Of a stretch of 64,000 nt of DNA, positions 23,065 to 41,400 are shown piece after piece. Under the pieces are notes generated by a model. That model worked only from the letters and a program-made list of their open reading frames with translations. It ran no database searches and was not told where the DNA came from. The stretch's first letter is position 1. Each line of letters starts with the position of its first letter. Position numbers and translations under genes: made by a program. The DNA lies in the NCBI GenBank assembly GCA_964016885.1, contig OZ024745.1, positions 7,316,001-7,380,000 on the forward strand, given 5' to 3'. Source of the stretch: Eledone cirrhosa (Eukaryota).

Positions 23065-23441
23065 AAATATTTCTGAAGCTAGACATCAGAGTGGACGATA
23101 TGGAGTTATATAATTATCATCGATTGATCAGAACATTTATAATATTGATCTCTAAACACAGGCACAACTGGATTGAGAGAGCTGAACTGACAGAGTGCAA
23201 TTAAAAATGTGAAATTAACTAAGAATATGGTTGATAAACATAAAATGAAGTTTGCTCTACACCCTTGAAAATTGAGTAACTCAGTAGAATATAGGACAAG
23301 AAACTGTTGGTCTCTAGCATTTGAGCACTACATGTTAAACATTGGAGTGCCATGGAGGGCAGTAAACTTTCAAAATAGTTTATTTTCATCTGTGTTGATG
23401 TAGAGGGAAGAGATTTAACAATTATTCTGCATAAGAGAGAG

Positions 23442-26400
23442 ACCACACTATTGTAGACACTACCTCACTATTGTAGACACTACCACTGTTGTAGACACTA
23501 CCACTATTCTAGACACTACCACACTATTGTAGACACTACCACTATTCTAGACACTACCTCACTATTGTAGACACTACCTCACTATTGTAGACACTACCTC
23601 ACTATAGTAGACACTACCTCACTACTGTAGACACTACCTCACTATTGTAGACGCTACCACTGTTGTAGACACTACCTCACTACTGTAGACACTACCACAC
23701 TATTGTAGACACTACCCCACTACTGTAGACACTACCACACTATTGTAGACACTACCTCACTACTGTAGACACTACCTCACTATTGTAGACACTACCACAC
23801 TATTGTAGACACTAGCTCACTACTGTAGACACTACCACACTATTGTAGACACTACCACACTATTGTAGACACTACCACACTATTGTAGACACTACCACAC
23901 TATTGTAGACACTACCTCACTACTGTAGACACTACCTCACTATTGTAGACACTACCACACTACTGTAGACACTACCACACTATTGTAGACACTACCACAC
24001 TACTGTAGACACTACCACACTACTGTAGACACTACCACACTACTGTAGACACTACCACACTACTGTAGACACTACCACACTATTGTAGACACAATCTCAC
24101 TATTGTAGACACTACCACACTTGTAGACACTACCACACTATTGTAGACACTACCTCACGACTGTAGACACTACCACACTACTGTAGACACTACCACACTA
24201 CTGTAGACACTACCACACTACTGTAGACACTACCACACTACTATAGACACTACCACACTACTGTAAACACTACCACCCTATTGTAGACACTACCACACTA
24301 CTGTAGACACTACCTCACTACTGTAGACACTACCACACTATTGTATACACTACCACACTACTGTAGACACTACCACACTACTGTAGACACTACCACACTA
24401 TTGTAGACACTACCACACTACCACACTATTGTAGACACTACCTCACTACTGTAGACACTACCACACTATTGTAGACACTACCTACTACTGTAGACACTAC
24501 CACACTACCTCACTACTGTAGACACTACCACACTACTGTAGACACTACCACACTACTGTAGACACTACCACACTATTGTAGACACTACCTCACTACTGTA
24601 GACACTACCTCACTATTGTAGACACTACCTCACTATTGTAGACACTACCTCACTATTGTAGACACTACCACACTATTGTAGACACTACCTCACTATTGTA
24701 GACACTACCACACTACTGTAGACACTACCTCACTACTGTAGACACTACCACACTATTGTAGACACTACCACACTACTGTAGACACTACCTCACTATTGTA
24801 GACACTACCTCACTACTGTAGACACTACCTCACTACTGTAGACACTACCACACTACTGTAGACACTACCACACTATTGTAGACACTACCTCACTACTGTA
24901 GACACTACCTCACTACTGTAGACACTACCTCACTATTGTAGACACTACCACACTACTGTAGACACTAGCACACTACTGTAGACACTAGCACACTATTGTA
25001 GACACTACCTCACTACTGTAGACACTACCTCACTACTGTAGACACTACCTCACTACTGTAGACACTACCTCACTACTGTAGACACTAGCACACTACTGTA
25101 GACACTAGCACACTATTGTAGACACTACCTCACTACTGTAGACACTACCTCACTACTGTAGACACTACCTCACTACTGTAGACACTACCTCACTATTGTA
25201 GACACTACCACACTATTGTAGACACTACCACACTACTGTATACACTACCTCACTACTGTAGACACTACCTCACTACTGTGGACACTACCACATTACTGTA
25301 GACACTACAACACTACTGTAGACACTACCTCACTACTGTAGACACTACCACACTACCACACTATTGTAGACACTACCACACTATTGTAGACACTACCTCA
25401 CTACTGTAGACACTACCTCACTACTGTAGACACTACCACACTATTGTAGACACTACCTCACTACTGTAGACACTACCTCACTACTGTAGACACTACCACA
25501 CTATTGTAGACACTACCACACTATTGTAGACACTACCTCACTACTGTAGACACTACCTCACTACTGTAGACACTATCTCACTACTGTAGACACTACCTCA
25601 CTATTGTAGACACTACCTCACTACTGTAGACACTACCACACTACTGTAGCTACTACCACACTACTGTAGACACTACCACACTATTGTAGACACTACCACA
25701 CTATTGTAGACACTACCTCACTACTGTAGACACTACCACACTATTGTAGACACTACCTCACTACTGTAGCCACTACCTCACTACTGTAGACACTACCACA
25801 CTATTGTAGACACTACCTCACTACTGTAGACACTACCTCACTACTGTAGACACTACCTCACTACTGTAGACACTATCTCACTATTGTAAACACTACCTCA
25901 CTACTGTAGACACTACCTCACTACTGTAGACACTACCTCACTATTGTAGACACTACCTCACAATTGTAGACACTACCTCACAATTGTAGACACTACCACA
26001 CTACTGTAGACACTACCTCACTACTGTAGACACTACCACACTACTGTAGACACTACCACACTATTGTAGACACTACCACACTATTGTATACACTACCACA
26101 CTACTGTAGACACTACCACACTACTGTAGACACTACCTCACTATTGTAGACACTACCTCACTACTGTAGACACTACCTCACTACTGTAGACACTACCTCA
26201 CTACTGTAGCCACTACCTCACTACTGTAGACACTACCACACTACTGTAGACACTACCTCACTATTGTAGACACTACCACACTACTGTAGACACTACCACA
26301 CTACTGTAGACACTACCTCACTATTGTAGACACTACCTCACTATTGTAGACACTACCTCACTACTGTAGACACTACCTCACTACTGTAGACACTACCTCA

Positions 26401-29400
26401 CTACTGTAGACACTACCACACTACCACACTACTGTAGACACTGCCTCACTACTGTAGACACTACCACACTACTGTAGACACTACCTCACTACCACACTAC
26501 TGTAGACACTACCACACTACTGTAGACACTACCACATTACTGTAGACACTACCACATTACTGTAGACACTACCTCACTACTGTAGACACTACCTCACTAC
26601 TGTAGACACTACCTCACTACTGTAGACACTACCTCACTACTGTAGACACTACCACACTACTGTAGACACTACCTCACTACTGTAGACACTACCTCACTAC
26701 TGTAGACACTACCTCACTACTGTAGACACTACCTCACTACTGTAGACACTACCTCACTACTGTAGACACTACCTCACTACTGTAGACACTACCTCACTAC
26801 TGTAGACACTACCACACTATTGTAGACACTACCTCACTACTACACTACTGTAGACACCACCACACTACTGTAGACACTACCTCACTACTGTAGACACTAC
26901 CTCACTACTGTAGACACTACCTCACTACTGGAGACACTACCACACTACTGTAGCCACTACCACACTACTGTAGACACTACCTCACTATTGTAGACACTAC
27001 CTCACTATTGTAGACACTACCTCACTATTGTAGACACTACCACACTACTGTAGACACTACCACACTACTGTAGACACTACCTCACTATTGTAGACACTAC
27101 CACACTACTGTAGACACTACCACACTACTGTAGACACTACCACACTACTGTAGACACTACCTCACGACTAGACACTACCCCACTACTGTAGACACTACCA
27201 CACTATTGTAGACACTACCTCACTATTGTAGACACCACCTCACGACTGTAGACACTACCCCACTACTGTAGACACTACCACACTATTGTAGGCACTACCC
27301 CACTACTGTAGACACTACCCCACTACTGTAGACACTACCTCACTACTGTAGACACTACCTCACTACTGTAGACACTACCTCACTACTGTAGACACTACCA
27401 CACTACTGTAGACACTACCTCACTATTGTAGACACTACCTCACTATTGTAGACACTACCACACTACTGTAGACACTACCTCACTATTGTAGACACTACCA
27501 CACTATTGTAGACACTACCGCACTACTGTAGACACTACCTCACTACTGTAGACACTACCTCACTACCGTAGACACTACCTCACTATTGTAGACACTACCT
27601 CACTATTGTAGACACTACCTCACTATTGTAGACACTACCTCACTATTGTAGACACTACCTCACTACTGTAGACACTACCACACTACTGTAGACACTACCA
27701 CACTATTGTAGACACTACCTCACTATTGTAGACACTACCCCACTACTGTAGACACTACCTCACTACTGTAGACACTACCACACTACTGTAGACACTACCT
27801 CACTACTGTAGACACTACCTCACTACTGTAGACACTACCAGACTATTGTAGACACTACCACACTATTGTAGACACTACCACACTATTGTAGACACTACCT
27901 CACTATTGTAGACACTACCTCACTATTGTAGACACTACCTCACTATTGTAGACACTACCACACTACTGTAGACACTACCACACTATTGTATACTCTACCA
28001 CACTACTGTAGACACTACCACACTACTGTAGACACTACCACACTACTGTAGACACTACCTCACTACTGTAGACACTACCTCACTACTGTAGACACTACCT
28101 CACTACTGTAGACACTACCTCACTACTGTAGACACTACCTCACTACTGTAGACACTACCACACTATTGTAGACACTACCACACTATTGTAGACACTAGCA
28201 CACTATTGTAGACACTAGCACACTATTGTAGACACTACCTCACTACTGTAGACACTACCTCACTACTGTAGACACTACCTCACTACTCTAGACACTACCT
28301 CACTACTGTAGACACTACCTCACTACTGTAGACACTACCTCACTACTGTAGACACTACCACACTACTGTAGACACTACCACACTACTGTAGACACTAGCA
28401 CACTATTGTAGACACTACCACATTACTGTAGACACTACAGCACTACTGTAGACACTACCTCACTACTGTAGACACTACCTCACTACTGTAGACAATACCT
28501 CACTACTGTAGACAATACCACACTACTGTAGACACTACCTCACTACTGTAGACACTACCTCACTACTGTAGACACTACCTCACTACTGTAGACACTACCT
28601 CACTACTGTAGACACTACCTCACTATTGTAGACACTACCACACTATTGAAGACACTACCACACTATTGTAGACAATACCTCACTATTGTAGACACTACCT
28701 CACTATTGTAGACACTACCTCACTACTGTAGACACTACCTCACTACTGTAGACACTACCTCACTACTGTAGACACTACCACACTACTGTAGACACTACCA
28801 CACTACTGTAGACACTACCTCACTATTGTAGACACTACCTCACTATTGTAGACACTACCTCAATACTGTAGACACTACCACACTACTGTAGACACTACCT
28901 CACTACTGTAGACACTACCTCACTACTGTAGACACTACCACACTATTGTAGACACTACCTCACTACTGTAGACACTACCACACTACTGTAGACACTACCT
29001 CACTACTGTAGACACTACCACACTACTGTAGACACTACCTCACTACTGTAGACACTAGCACACTACTGTAGACACTACCTCACTATTGTAGACACCTCAC
29101 TACTGTAGACACTACCACACTACTGTAGACACTACCTCACTACTGTAGACACTACCTCACTACTGTAGACACTACCTCACTACTGTAGACACTACCTCAC
29201 TACTGTAGACACTACCTCACTACTCTAGACACTACCTCACTACTGTAGACACTACCACACTACTGTAGACACTACCTCACTACTGTAGACACTACCTCAC
29301 TACTGTAGACACTACCTCACTACTGTAGACACTACCTCACTACTGTAGACACTACCTCACTACTGTAGACACTACCTCACTACTGTAGACACTACCTCAC

Positions 29401-32400
29401 TATTGTAGACACTACCTCACTACTGTAGACACTACCTCACTATTGTAGACACTACCACACTACTGTAGACACTACCACACTACCTCACTATTGTAGACAC
29501 TACCACACTACTGTAGACACTACCACACTATTGTAGACACTACCACACTATTGTAGACACTACCTCACTATTGTAGACACTACCTCACGACTGTAGACAC
29601 TACCCCACTACTGTAGACACTACCACACTATTGTAGACACTACCTCACTATTGTAGACACCACCTCACGACTGTAGACACTACCCCACTACTGTAGACAC
29701 TACCACACTATTGTAGGCACTACCCCACTACTGTAGACACTACCACACTACTGTAGACACTACCACACTATTGTAGACACTACCTCACTACTGTAGACAC
29801 TACCTCACTACTGTAGACACTACCACACTACTGTAGACACTACCTCACTATTGTAGACACTACCTCACTATTATAGACACTACCACACTACTGTAGACAC
29901 TACCTCACTATTGTAGACACTACCACACTATTGTAGACACTACCTCACTACTGTAGACACTACCTCACTACCGTAGACACTACCACACTACTGTAGACAC
30001 TACCTCACTATTGTAGACACTACCTCACTATTGTAGACACTACCTCACTATTGTAGACACTACCTCACTATTGTAGACACTACCACACTACTGTAGACAC
30101 TACCACACTATTGTAGACACTACCTCACTATTGTAGACACTACCCCACTACTGTAGACACTACCTCACTACTGTAGACACTACCACACTACTGTAGACAC
30201 TACCTCACTACTGTAGACACTACCTCACTACTGTAGACACTACCTCACTACTGTAGACACTACCACACTATTGTAGACACTACCACACTATTGTAGACAC
30301 TACCACACTATTGTAGACACTACCGCACTATTGTAGACACTACCACACTACTGTAGACACTACCACACTATTGTATACACTACCACACTACTGTAGACAC
30401 TACCACACTACTATAGACACTACCACACTACTGTAGACACTAACACAGTACTGTAGACACTACCACACTACTGTAGACACTACCACACTATTGTATACAC
30501 TACCACACTACTGTAGACACTACCACACTACTATAGACACTACCACACTACTGTAGACACTACCACACTACTGTAGACACTACCACACTATTGTAGACAC
30601 TACCTCACTACTGTAGACACTACCTCACTACTGTAGACACTACCACACTACTGTAGACACTAGCACACTATTGTAGACACTACCTCACTACTGTAGACAC
30701 TACCTCACTACTCTAGACACTACCCCACTACTGTAGACACTACCTCACTACTGTAGACACTACCTCACTACTGTAGACACTACCACACTATTGTAGACAC
30801 TGCCACACTACTGTAGACACTAGCACACTATTGTAGACACTACCACATTACTGTAGACACTACAGCACTACTGTAGACACTACCTCACTACTGTAGACAC
30901 TACCTCACTACTGTAGACACTACCACACTACTGTAGACACTACCTCACTACTGTAGACACTACCTCACTACTGTAGACACTACCTCACTACTGTAGACAC
31001 TACCTCACTATTGTAGACACTACCACACTATTGTAGACACCACACTATTGTAGACACTATCTCACTACTGTAGACACTACCTCACTACTGTAGACACTAC
31101 CTCACTATTGTAGACACTACCACACTATTGTAGACACTACCACACTATTGTAGACAATACCTCACTATTGTAGACACTACCTCATTACTGTAGACACTAC
31201 CTCACTACTGTAGACACTACCTCACTACTGTAGACACTACCACACTACTGTAGCTACTACCACACTACTGTAGACACTACCACACTATTGTAGACACTAC
31301 CACACTATTGTAGACACTACCTCACTACCACACTATTGTAGACACTACCACACTATTGTAGACACTACCACACTATTGTAGACACTACCACACGACTGTA
31401 GACAATACCTCACTACTGTAGACACTACCACACTACCTCACTACTGTAGACACTACCTCACTACTGTAGACACTACCTCACTACTGTAGACACTACCTCA
31501 CTATTGTAGACACTACCACACTATTGTAGACAATACCACACTACTGTAGACACTACCTCACTACTGTAGACACTATCTCACTACTGTAGACACTACCACA
31601 CTATTGTAGACACTACTTCACTACTGTAGACACTACCTCACTATTGTAGACACTACCTCACTACTGTAGACACTACCTCACTATTGTAGACACTACCTCA
31701 CTACTGTAGACACTACCTCACTACTGTAGACAATACCTCACTACTGTAGACACTACCACACTACTGTAGACGCTACCACACTACTGTAGACACTACCACA
31801 CTATTGTAGACACTACCTCACTACTGTAGACACTACCTCACTACTGTAGACACTACCTCACTACTGTAGACACTACCTCACTACTGTAGACACTACCTCA
31901 CTATTGTAGACACTACCTCACTATTGTAGACACTACCTCACTATTGTAGACACTACCTCACTATTGTAGACACTACCACACTACTGTAGACACTACCTCA
32001 CTATTGTAGACACTACCTCACTACTGTAGACAATACCACACTATTGTAGACACTACCTCACTACTGTAGACACTACCTCACTACTGTAGACACTACCTCA
32101 CTACTGTAGACACTACCACACTACTGTAGCTACTACCACACTACTGTAGACACTACCACACTATTGTAGACACTACCACACTATTGTAGACACTACCTCA
32201 CTACCACACTATTGTAGACACTACCTCACTACCTCACTATTGTAGTCACTACCTCACTACTGTAGACACTACCACACTACTGTAGACACTATCACACTAC
32301 TGTAGACACTACCACACTACTGTAGACACTACCACACTACTGTAGACACTACCTCACTATTGTAGACACTACCTCACAATTGTAGACACTACCACACTAC

Positions 32401-35400
32401 TGTAGACACTACCTCACTATTGTAGACACTACCACACTACTGTAGACACTACCACACTACTGTAGACACTACCACACTACTGTAAACACTACCACACTAC
32501 TGTAGACACTACCACACTATTGTAGAAACTACCACACTACTGTAGACACTACCTCACTACTGTAGACACTACCACGCTACTGTAGACACTACCACGCTAC
32601 TGTAGACACTAGCTCACTATTGTAAACACTACCACACTACTGTAGACACTACCACACTACTGTAGACACTACCACATTACTGTAGACACTACCACATTAC
32701 TGTAGACACTACCTCACTACTGTAGACACTACCTCACTACTGTAGACACTACCTCACTACTGTAGACACTACCACACTACTGTAGACACTACCTCACTAT
32801 TGTAGACACTACTACACTATTGTAGACACTACCACACTATTGTAGACACTACCTCACTATTGTAGACACTACCTCACTACTGTAGACACTACCTCACTAT
32901 TGTAGACACTACCACACTACTGTAGACACTACCACACTACTGTAGACACTACCACACTACTGTAGACACTACCTCACTACTGTAGACACTACCTCACTAC
33001 TGTAGACACTACCACACTATTGTAGACACTACCTCACTACTGTAGACACTACCACACTACTGTAGACACTACCACACTACTGTAGACACTACCTCACTAC
33101 TGTAGACACTACCACACTATTGTAGACACTACCACACTATTGTAGACACTACCACACTATTGTAGACACTACCTCACTACTGTAGACACTACCTCACTAC
33201 TGTAGACACTACCTCACTACTGTAGACACTACCACACTACTGTAGACACTACCACACTATTGTAGACACTACCTCACTACTGTAGACACTACCACTCTAC
33301 TGTAGACACTACCTCACTACTGTAGACACTACCACACTATTGTAGACACTACCTCACTATTGTATTCACTACCACACTACTGTAGACACTACCTCACTAC
33401 TGTAGACACTACCACACTACTGTAGACACTACCACACTATTGTAGACACTACCTCACTACTGTAGACACTACCACACTATTGTAGACACTACCTCACTAT
33501 TGTATTCACTACCACACTACTGTAGACACTACCTCACTACTGTAGACACTACCACACTACTGTAGACACGACCACACTATTGTAGACACTACCTCACTAC
33601 TGTAGACACTACCTCACTACTGTAGACACTACCACACTACTACACTATTGTAGACACTACCTCACTACTGTAGACACTACCTCACTACTGTAGACACTAC
33701 CACACTATTGTAGACAATACCTCACTACTGTAGACACTACCACACTACTGTAGACACTACCACATTACTGTAGACACTACCACACTATTGTAGACACTAC
33801 CTCACTACTGTAGACACTACCACACTATTGTAGACACTACCACACTATTGTAGACACTACCTCACTACTGTAGACACTACCTCACTACTGTAGACACTAC
33901 CACACTATTGTAGACAATACCTCACTACTGTAGACACTACCACACTACTGTAGACACTACCACACTACTGTAGACACTACCACACTACCTCACTACTGTA
34001 GACACTACCTCACTACTGTAGACACTACCACACTATTGTAGACACTACCACACTATTGTAGACAATACCTCACTACTGCAGACACTACCACACTACTGTA
34101 GACACTACCTCACTACTGTAGACACTACCTCACTAGTGTAGACACTACCACACTATTGTAGACACTACCTCACTACTGTAGACACTACCACACTACTGTT
34201 GACACTACCACACTATTGTAGACACTACCTCACTAGTGTAGACACTACCACACTATTGTAGACACTACCTCACTACTGTAGACACTACCACACTACTGTA
34301 GACACTACCACACTACTGTAGACACTACCACACTATTGTAGACACTACTACACTATTGTAGACACTACCTCACTACTGTAGACACTACCTCACTACTGTA
34401 GACACTACCACACTATTGTAGACAATACCTCACTACTGTAGACACTACCACACTACTGTAGACACTACCACACTACCACACTACCTCACTACTGTAGACA
34501 CTACCTCACTACTGTAGACACTACCACACTATTGTAGACACTACCACACTATTGTAGACAATACCTCACTACTGCAGACACTACCACACTACTGTAGACA
34601 CTACCTCACTACTGTAGACACTACCTCACTACTGTAGACACTACCACACTACTGTAGACACTACCACACTACTGTAGACACTACCTCACTACTGTAGACA
34701 CTACCACACTATTGTAGACACTACCACACTATTGTAGACACTACCACACTATTGTAGACACTACCTCACTACTGTAGACACTACTTCACTACTGTAGACA
34801 CTACCTCACTACTGTAGACACTACCACACTATTGTAGACACTACCTCACTACTGTAGACACTACCACTCTACTGTAGACACTACCTCACTACTGTAGACA
34901 CTACCACACTATTGTATTCACTACCACACTACTGTAGACACTACCACACTATTGTAGACACTACCACACTATTGTAGACACTACCTCACTATTGTATACA
35001 CTACCACACTACTGTAGAAACTAGCACACTACCACACTACTGTAGACACTACCACACTATTGTAGACACTACCACACTATTGTAGACACTACCACACTAT
35101 TGTAGACACTACCTCACTACTGTAGACACTACCTCACTACTGTAGACACTACCACACTATTGTAGACAATACCTCACTACTGTAGACACTACCACACTAC
35201 TGTAGACACTACCACACTACTGTAGACACTACCACACTATTGTAGACACTACCTCACTACTGTAGACACTACCTCACTACTGTAGACACTACCTCACTAC
35301 TGTAGACACTACCACACTATTGTAGACACTACCTCACTACTGTAGACACTACCACTCTACTGTAGACACTACCTCACTACTGTAGACACTACCACACTAT

Positions 35401-38400
35401 TGTATTCACTACCACACTACTGTAGACACTACCACACTATTGTAGACACTACCACACTATTGTAGACACTACCTCACTATTGTATACACTACCACACTAC
35501 TGTAGAAACTAGCACACTACCACACTACTGTAGACACTACCACACTATTGTAGACACTACCACACTATTGTAGACACTACCACACTATTGTAGACACTAC
35601 CTCACTACTGTAGACACTACCTCACTACTGTAGACACTACCACACTATTGTAGACAATACCTCACTACTGTAGACACTACCACACTACTGTAGACACTAC
35701 CACACTACTGTAGACACTACCACACTATTGTAGACACTACCTCACTACTGTAGACACTACCTCACTACTGTAGACACTACCACACTATTGTAGACACTAC
35801 CACACTATTGTAGACAATACCTCACTACTGCAGACACTACCACACTACTGTAGACACTATCTCACTACTGTAGACACTACCTCACTACTGTAGACACTAC
35901 CACACTATTGTAGACACTACCTCACTACTGTAGACACTACCACACTACTGTAGACACTACCACACTACTGTAGACACTACCTCACTACGGTAGACACTAC
36001 CACACTATTGTAGACACTACCACACTATTGTAGACACTACCTCACTACTGTAGACACTACCTCACTACTGTAGACACTACCACACTATTGTAGACACTAC
36101 CTCACTACTGTAGACACTACCACTCTACTGTAGACACTACCTCACTACTGTAGACACTACCACACTATTGTAGACACTACCTCACTATTGTATTCACTAC
36201 CACACTACTGTAGACACTACCTCACTACTGTAGACACTACCACACTACTGTAGACACTACCACACTATTGTAGAAACTACCTCACTACTGTAGACACTAC
36301 CTCACTACTGTAGACACTACCACACTATTGTAGACACTACCTCACTATTGTATTCACTACCACACTACTGTAGACACTACCTCACTACTGTAGACAGTAC
36401 CACACTACTGTAGACACTACCACACTATTGTAGACACTACCTCACTACTGTAGACACTACCTCACTACTGTAGACACTACCACACTACTACACTATTGTA
36501 GACACTACCTCACTACTGTAGACACTACCTCACTACTGTAGACACTACCACACTATTGTAGACAATACCTCACTACTGTAGACACTACCACACTGCTGTA
36601 GACACTACCACACTACCTCACTACTGTAGACACTACCTCACTACTGTAGACACTACCACACTATTGTAGACACTACCACACTATTGTAGACAATACCTCA
36701 CTACTGCAGACACTACCACACTACTGTAGACACTACCTCACTACTGTAGACACTACCTCACTAGTGTAGACACTACCTCACTACTGTAGACACTACCACA
36801 CTACTGTAGACACTACCACACTACTGTAGACACTACCACACTACTGTAGACACTACCTCACTACTGTAGACACTACCACACTATTGTAGACACTACCACA
36901 CTATTGTAGACACTACCTCACTACTGTAGACACTACCTCACTACTGTAGACACTACCTCACTACTGTAGACACTACCTCACTACTGTAGACACTACCACT
37001 CTACTGTAGACACTACCTCACTACTGTAGACACCACCACACTATTGTAGACACTACCTCACTACTGTAGACAGTACCACTCTACTGTAGACACTACCTCA
37101 CTACTGTAGACACTACCACACTATTGTAGACACTACCACACTATTGTAGACACTACCTCACTATTGTATTCACTACCACACTACTGTAGACACTACCACA
37201 CTACTGTAGACACTACCTCACTACTGTAGACACTACCACACTACTGTAGACACTACCACACTATTGTAGACACTACCTCACTAGTGTAGACACTACCACA
37301 CTATTGTAGACACTACCTCACTACTGTAGACACTACCACACTACTGTAGACACTACGACACTACTGTAGACACTACCACACTACTGTAGACACTACCTCA
37401 CTACTGTAGACACTACCACACTATTGTAGACACTACCACACTATTGTAGACACTACCACACTATTGTAGACACTACCTCACTACTGTAGACACTACCTCA
37501 CTACTGTAGACACTACCTCACTACTGTAGACACTACCACTCTACTGTAGACACTACCTCACTACTGTAGACACTACCACACTATTGTAGACACTACCTCA
37601 CTACTGTAGACACTACCTCACTATTGTAGACACTACCACACTACTGTAGACACTACAACACTACTGTAGACACTACCTCACTATTGTAGACACTACCACA
37701 CTATTGTAGACACTACCACACTACTGTAGACACTACCACACTACTGTAGACACTACCACACTACTGTAGATACTACCACACTATTGTAGACACTACCCCA
37801 CTACTGTAGACACTACCACACTATCGTAGACACTACCTCACTAATGTAGACACTACCTCACTAATGTAGACACTACTACACTATTGTAGACACAACCTCA
37901 CTATTGTAGACACTACCACACTTCTAGACACTACCTCACTATTGTAGACACTACCACACTACTGTAGACACTACCACACTACTGTAGACACTACCACACT
38001 ATTGTATACACTACCACACTACTGTATACACTACCACACTACTATAGACACTACCACACTACTGTAGACACTACCACACTACTGTAGACACTACCACACT
38101 ATTGTAGACACTACCTCACTATTGTATACACTACCACACTACTGTAGACACTACCTCACTACTGTAGAAACTAGCACACTACCACACTATTATAGCCACT
38201 ACCTCACTACTGTAGACACTACCTCACTACTGTAGACACTACCACACTATTGTAGACACTACCTCACTATTGTATTCACTACCACACTACTGTAGACACT
38301 ACCTCACTACTGTAGACACTACCACACTACTGTAGACACTACCACACTACTGTAGACACTACCTCACTACTGTAGACACCACCTCACTACTGTAGACACT

Positions 38401-41400
38401 ACCACACTATTGTAGACAATACCTCACTACTGTAGACACTACCACACTACTGTAGACACTACCACACTACTGTAGACACTACCACACTACTGTAGACACT
38501 ACCACACTATTGTAGACACTACCACACTATTGTAGACACTACCTCACTACTGTAGACACTACCTCACTACTGTAGACACTACCACACTATTGTAGACAAT
38601 ACCTCACTACTGTAGACACTACCACACTACTGTAGACACTACCACACTACTGTAGACACTACCACACTATTGTAGACACTACCTCACTACTGTAGACACT
38701 ACCTCACTACTGTAGACACTACCACACTATTGTAGACACTACCTCACTATTGTATTCACTACCACACTACTGTAGACACTACCTCACTACTGTAGACACT
38801 ACCACACTACTGTAGACACTACCACACTACCTCACTACTGTAGACACTACCTCACTACTGTAGACACTACCACACTATTGTAGACACTACCACACTATTG
38901 TAGACAATACCTCACTACTGCAGACACTACCTCACTACTGTAGACACTACCTCACTAGTGTAGACACTACCACACTATTGTAGACACTACCTCACTACTG
39001 TAGACACTACCACACTACTGTAGACACTACCACACTACTGTAGACACTACCACACTACTGTAGACACTACCACACTACTGTAGACACTACCACACTACTG
39101 TAGACACTACCTCACTACTGTAGACACTACCACACTATTGTAGACACTACCACACTATTGTAGACACTACCACACTATTGTAGACACTACCTCACTACTG
39201 TAGACACTACCTCACTACTGTAGACACTACCACTCTACTGTAGACACTACCTCACTACTGTAGACACTACCACACTATTGTAGACACTACCTCACTACTG
39301 TAGACACTACCTCACTACTGTAGACACTACCACACTATTGTAGACACTACCACACTATTGTAGACACTACCTCACTATTGTATTCACTACCACACTACTG
39401 TAGACACTACCTCACTACTGTAGACACTACCACACTACTGTAGACACTACCACACTATTGTAGACACTACCTCACTACTGTAGACACTACCTCACTACTG
39501 TAGACACTACCACACTATTGTAGACACTACCTCACTATTGTATTCACTACCACACTACTGTAGACACTACCTCACTACTGTAGACACTACCACACTACTG
39601 TAGACACTACCACACTATTGTAGACACTACCTCACTACTGTAGACACTACCTCACTACTATAGACACTACCTCACTACTGTAGACACTACCACACTACTG
39701 TAGACACTACCACACTATTGTAGACACTACCTCACTACTGTAGACACTACCACACTATTGTAGACAATACCTCACTACTGTAGACACTACCACACTACTG
39801 TAGACACTACCACACTATTGTAGACACTACCACACTATTGTAGACACTACCTCACTACTGTAGACACTACCACACTATTGTAGACAATACCTCACTACTG
39901 TAGACACTACCACACTACTGTAGACACTACCACACTATTGTAGACACTACCTCACTACTGTAGACACTACCTCACTACTGTAGACACTACCACACTATTG
40001 TAGACAATACCTCACTACTGTAGACACTACTTCACTACTGTAGACACTACCTCACTACTGTAGACACTACCACACTATTGTAGACACTACCTCACTACTG
40101 TAGACACTACCACTCTACTGTAGACACTACCTCACTACTGTAGACACTACCACACTATTGTATTCACTACCACACTACTGTAGACACTACCACACTATTG
40201 TAGACACTACCACACTATTGTAGACACTACCTCACTATTGTATACACTACCACACTACTGTAGAAACTAGCACACTACCACACTACTGTAGACACTACCA
40301 CACTATTGTAGACACTACCACACTATTGTAGACACTACCACACTATTGTAGACACTACCTCACTACTGTAGACACTACCTCACTACTGTAGACACTACCA
40401 CACTATTGTAGACAATACCTCACTACTGTAGACACTACCACACTACTGTAGACACTACCACACTACTGTAGACACTACCACACTATTGTAGACACTACCT
40501 CACTACTGTAGACACTACCTCACTACTGTAGACACTACCTCACTACTGTAGACACTACCACACTATTGTAGACACTACCTCACTACTGTAGACACTACCA
40601 CTCTACTGTAGACACTACCTCACTACTGTAGACACTACCACACTATTGTATTCACTACCACACTACTGTAGACACTACCACACTATTGTAGACACTACCA
40701 CACTATTGTAGACACTACCTCACTATTGTATACACTACCACACTACTGTAGAAACTAGCACACTACCTCACTACTGTAGACACTACCACACTATTGTATT
40801 CACTACCACACTATTGTAGACACTACCACACTATTGTAGACACTACCACACTATTGTAGACACTACCTCACTACTGTAGACACTACCTCACTACTGTAGA
40901 CACTACCTCACTACTGTAGACACTACCACACTATTGTAGACAATACCTCACTACTGTAGACACTACCACACTACTGTAGACACTACCACACTACTGTAGA
41001 CACTACCACACTATTGTAGACACTACCTCACTACTGTAGACACTACCTCACTACTGTAGACACTACCACACTATTGTAGACACTACCACACTATTGTAGA
41101 CAATACCTCACTACTGCAGACACTACCACACTACTGTAGACACTATCTCACTACTGTAGACACTACCTCACTACTGTAGACACTACCACACTATTGTAGA
41201 CACTACCTCACTACTGTAGACACTACCACACTACTGTAGACACTACCACACTACTGTAGACACTACCTCACTACGGTAGACACTACCACACTATTGTAGA
41301 CACTACCACACTATTGTAGACACTACCTCACTACTGTAGACACTACCTCACTACTGTAGACACTACCACACTATTGTAGACACTACCTCACTACTGTAGA

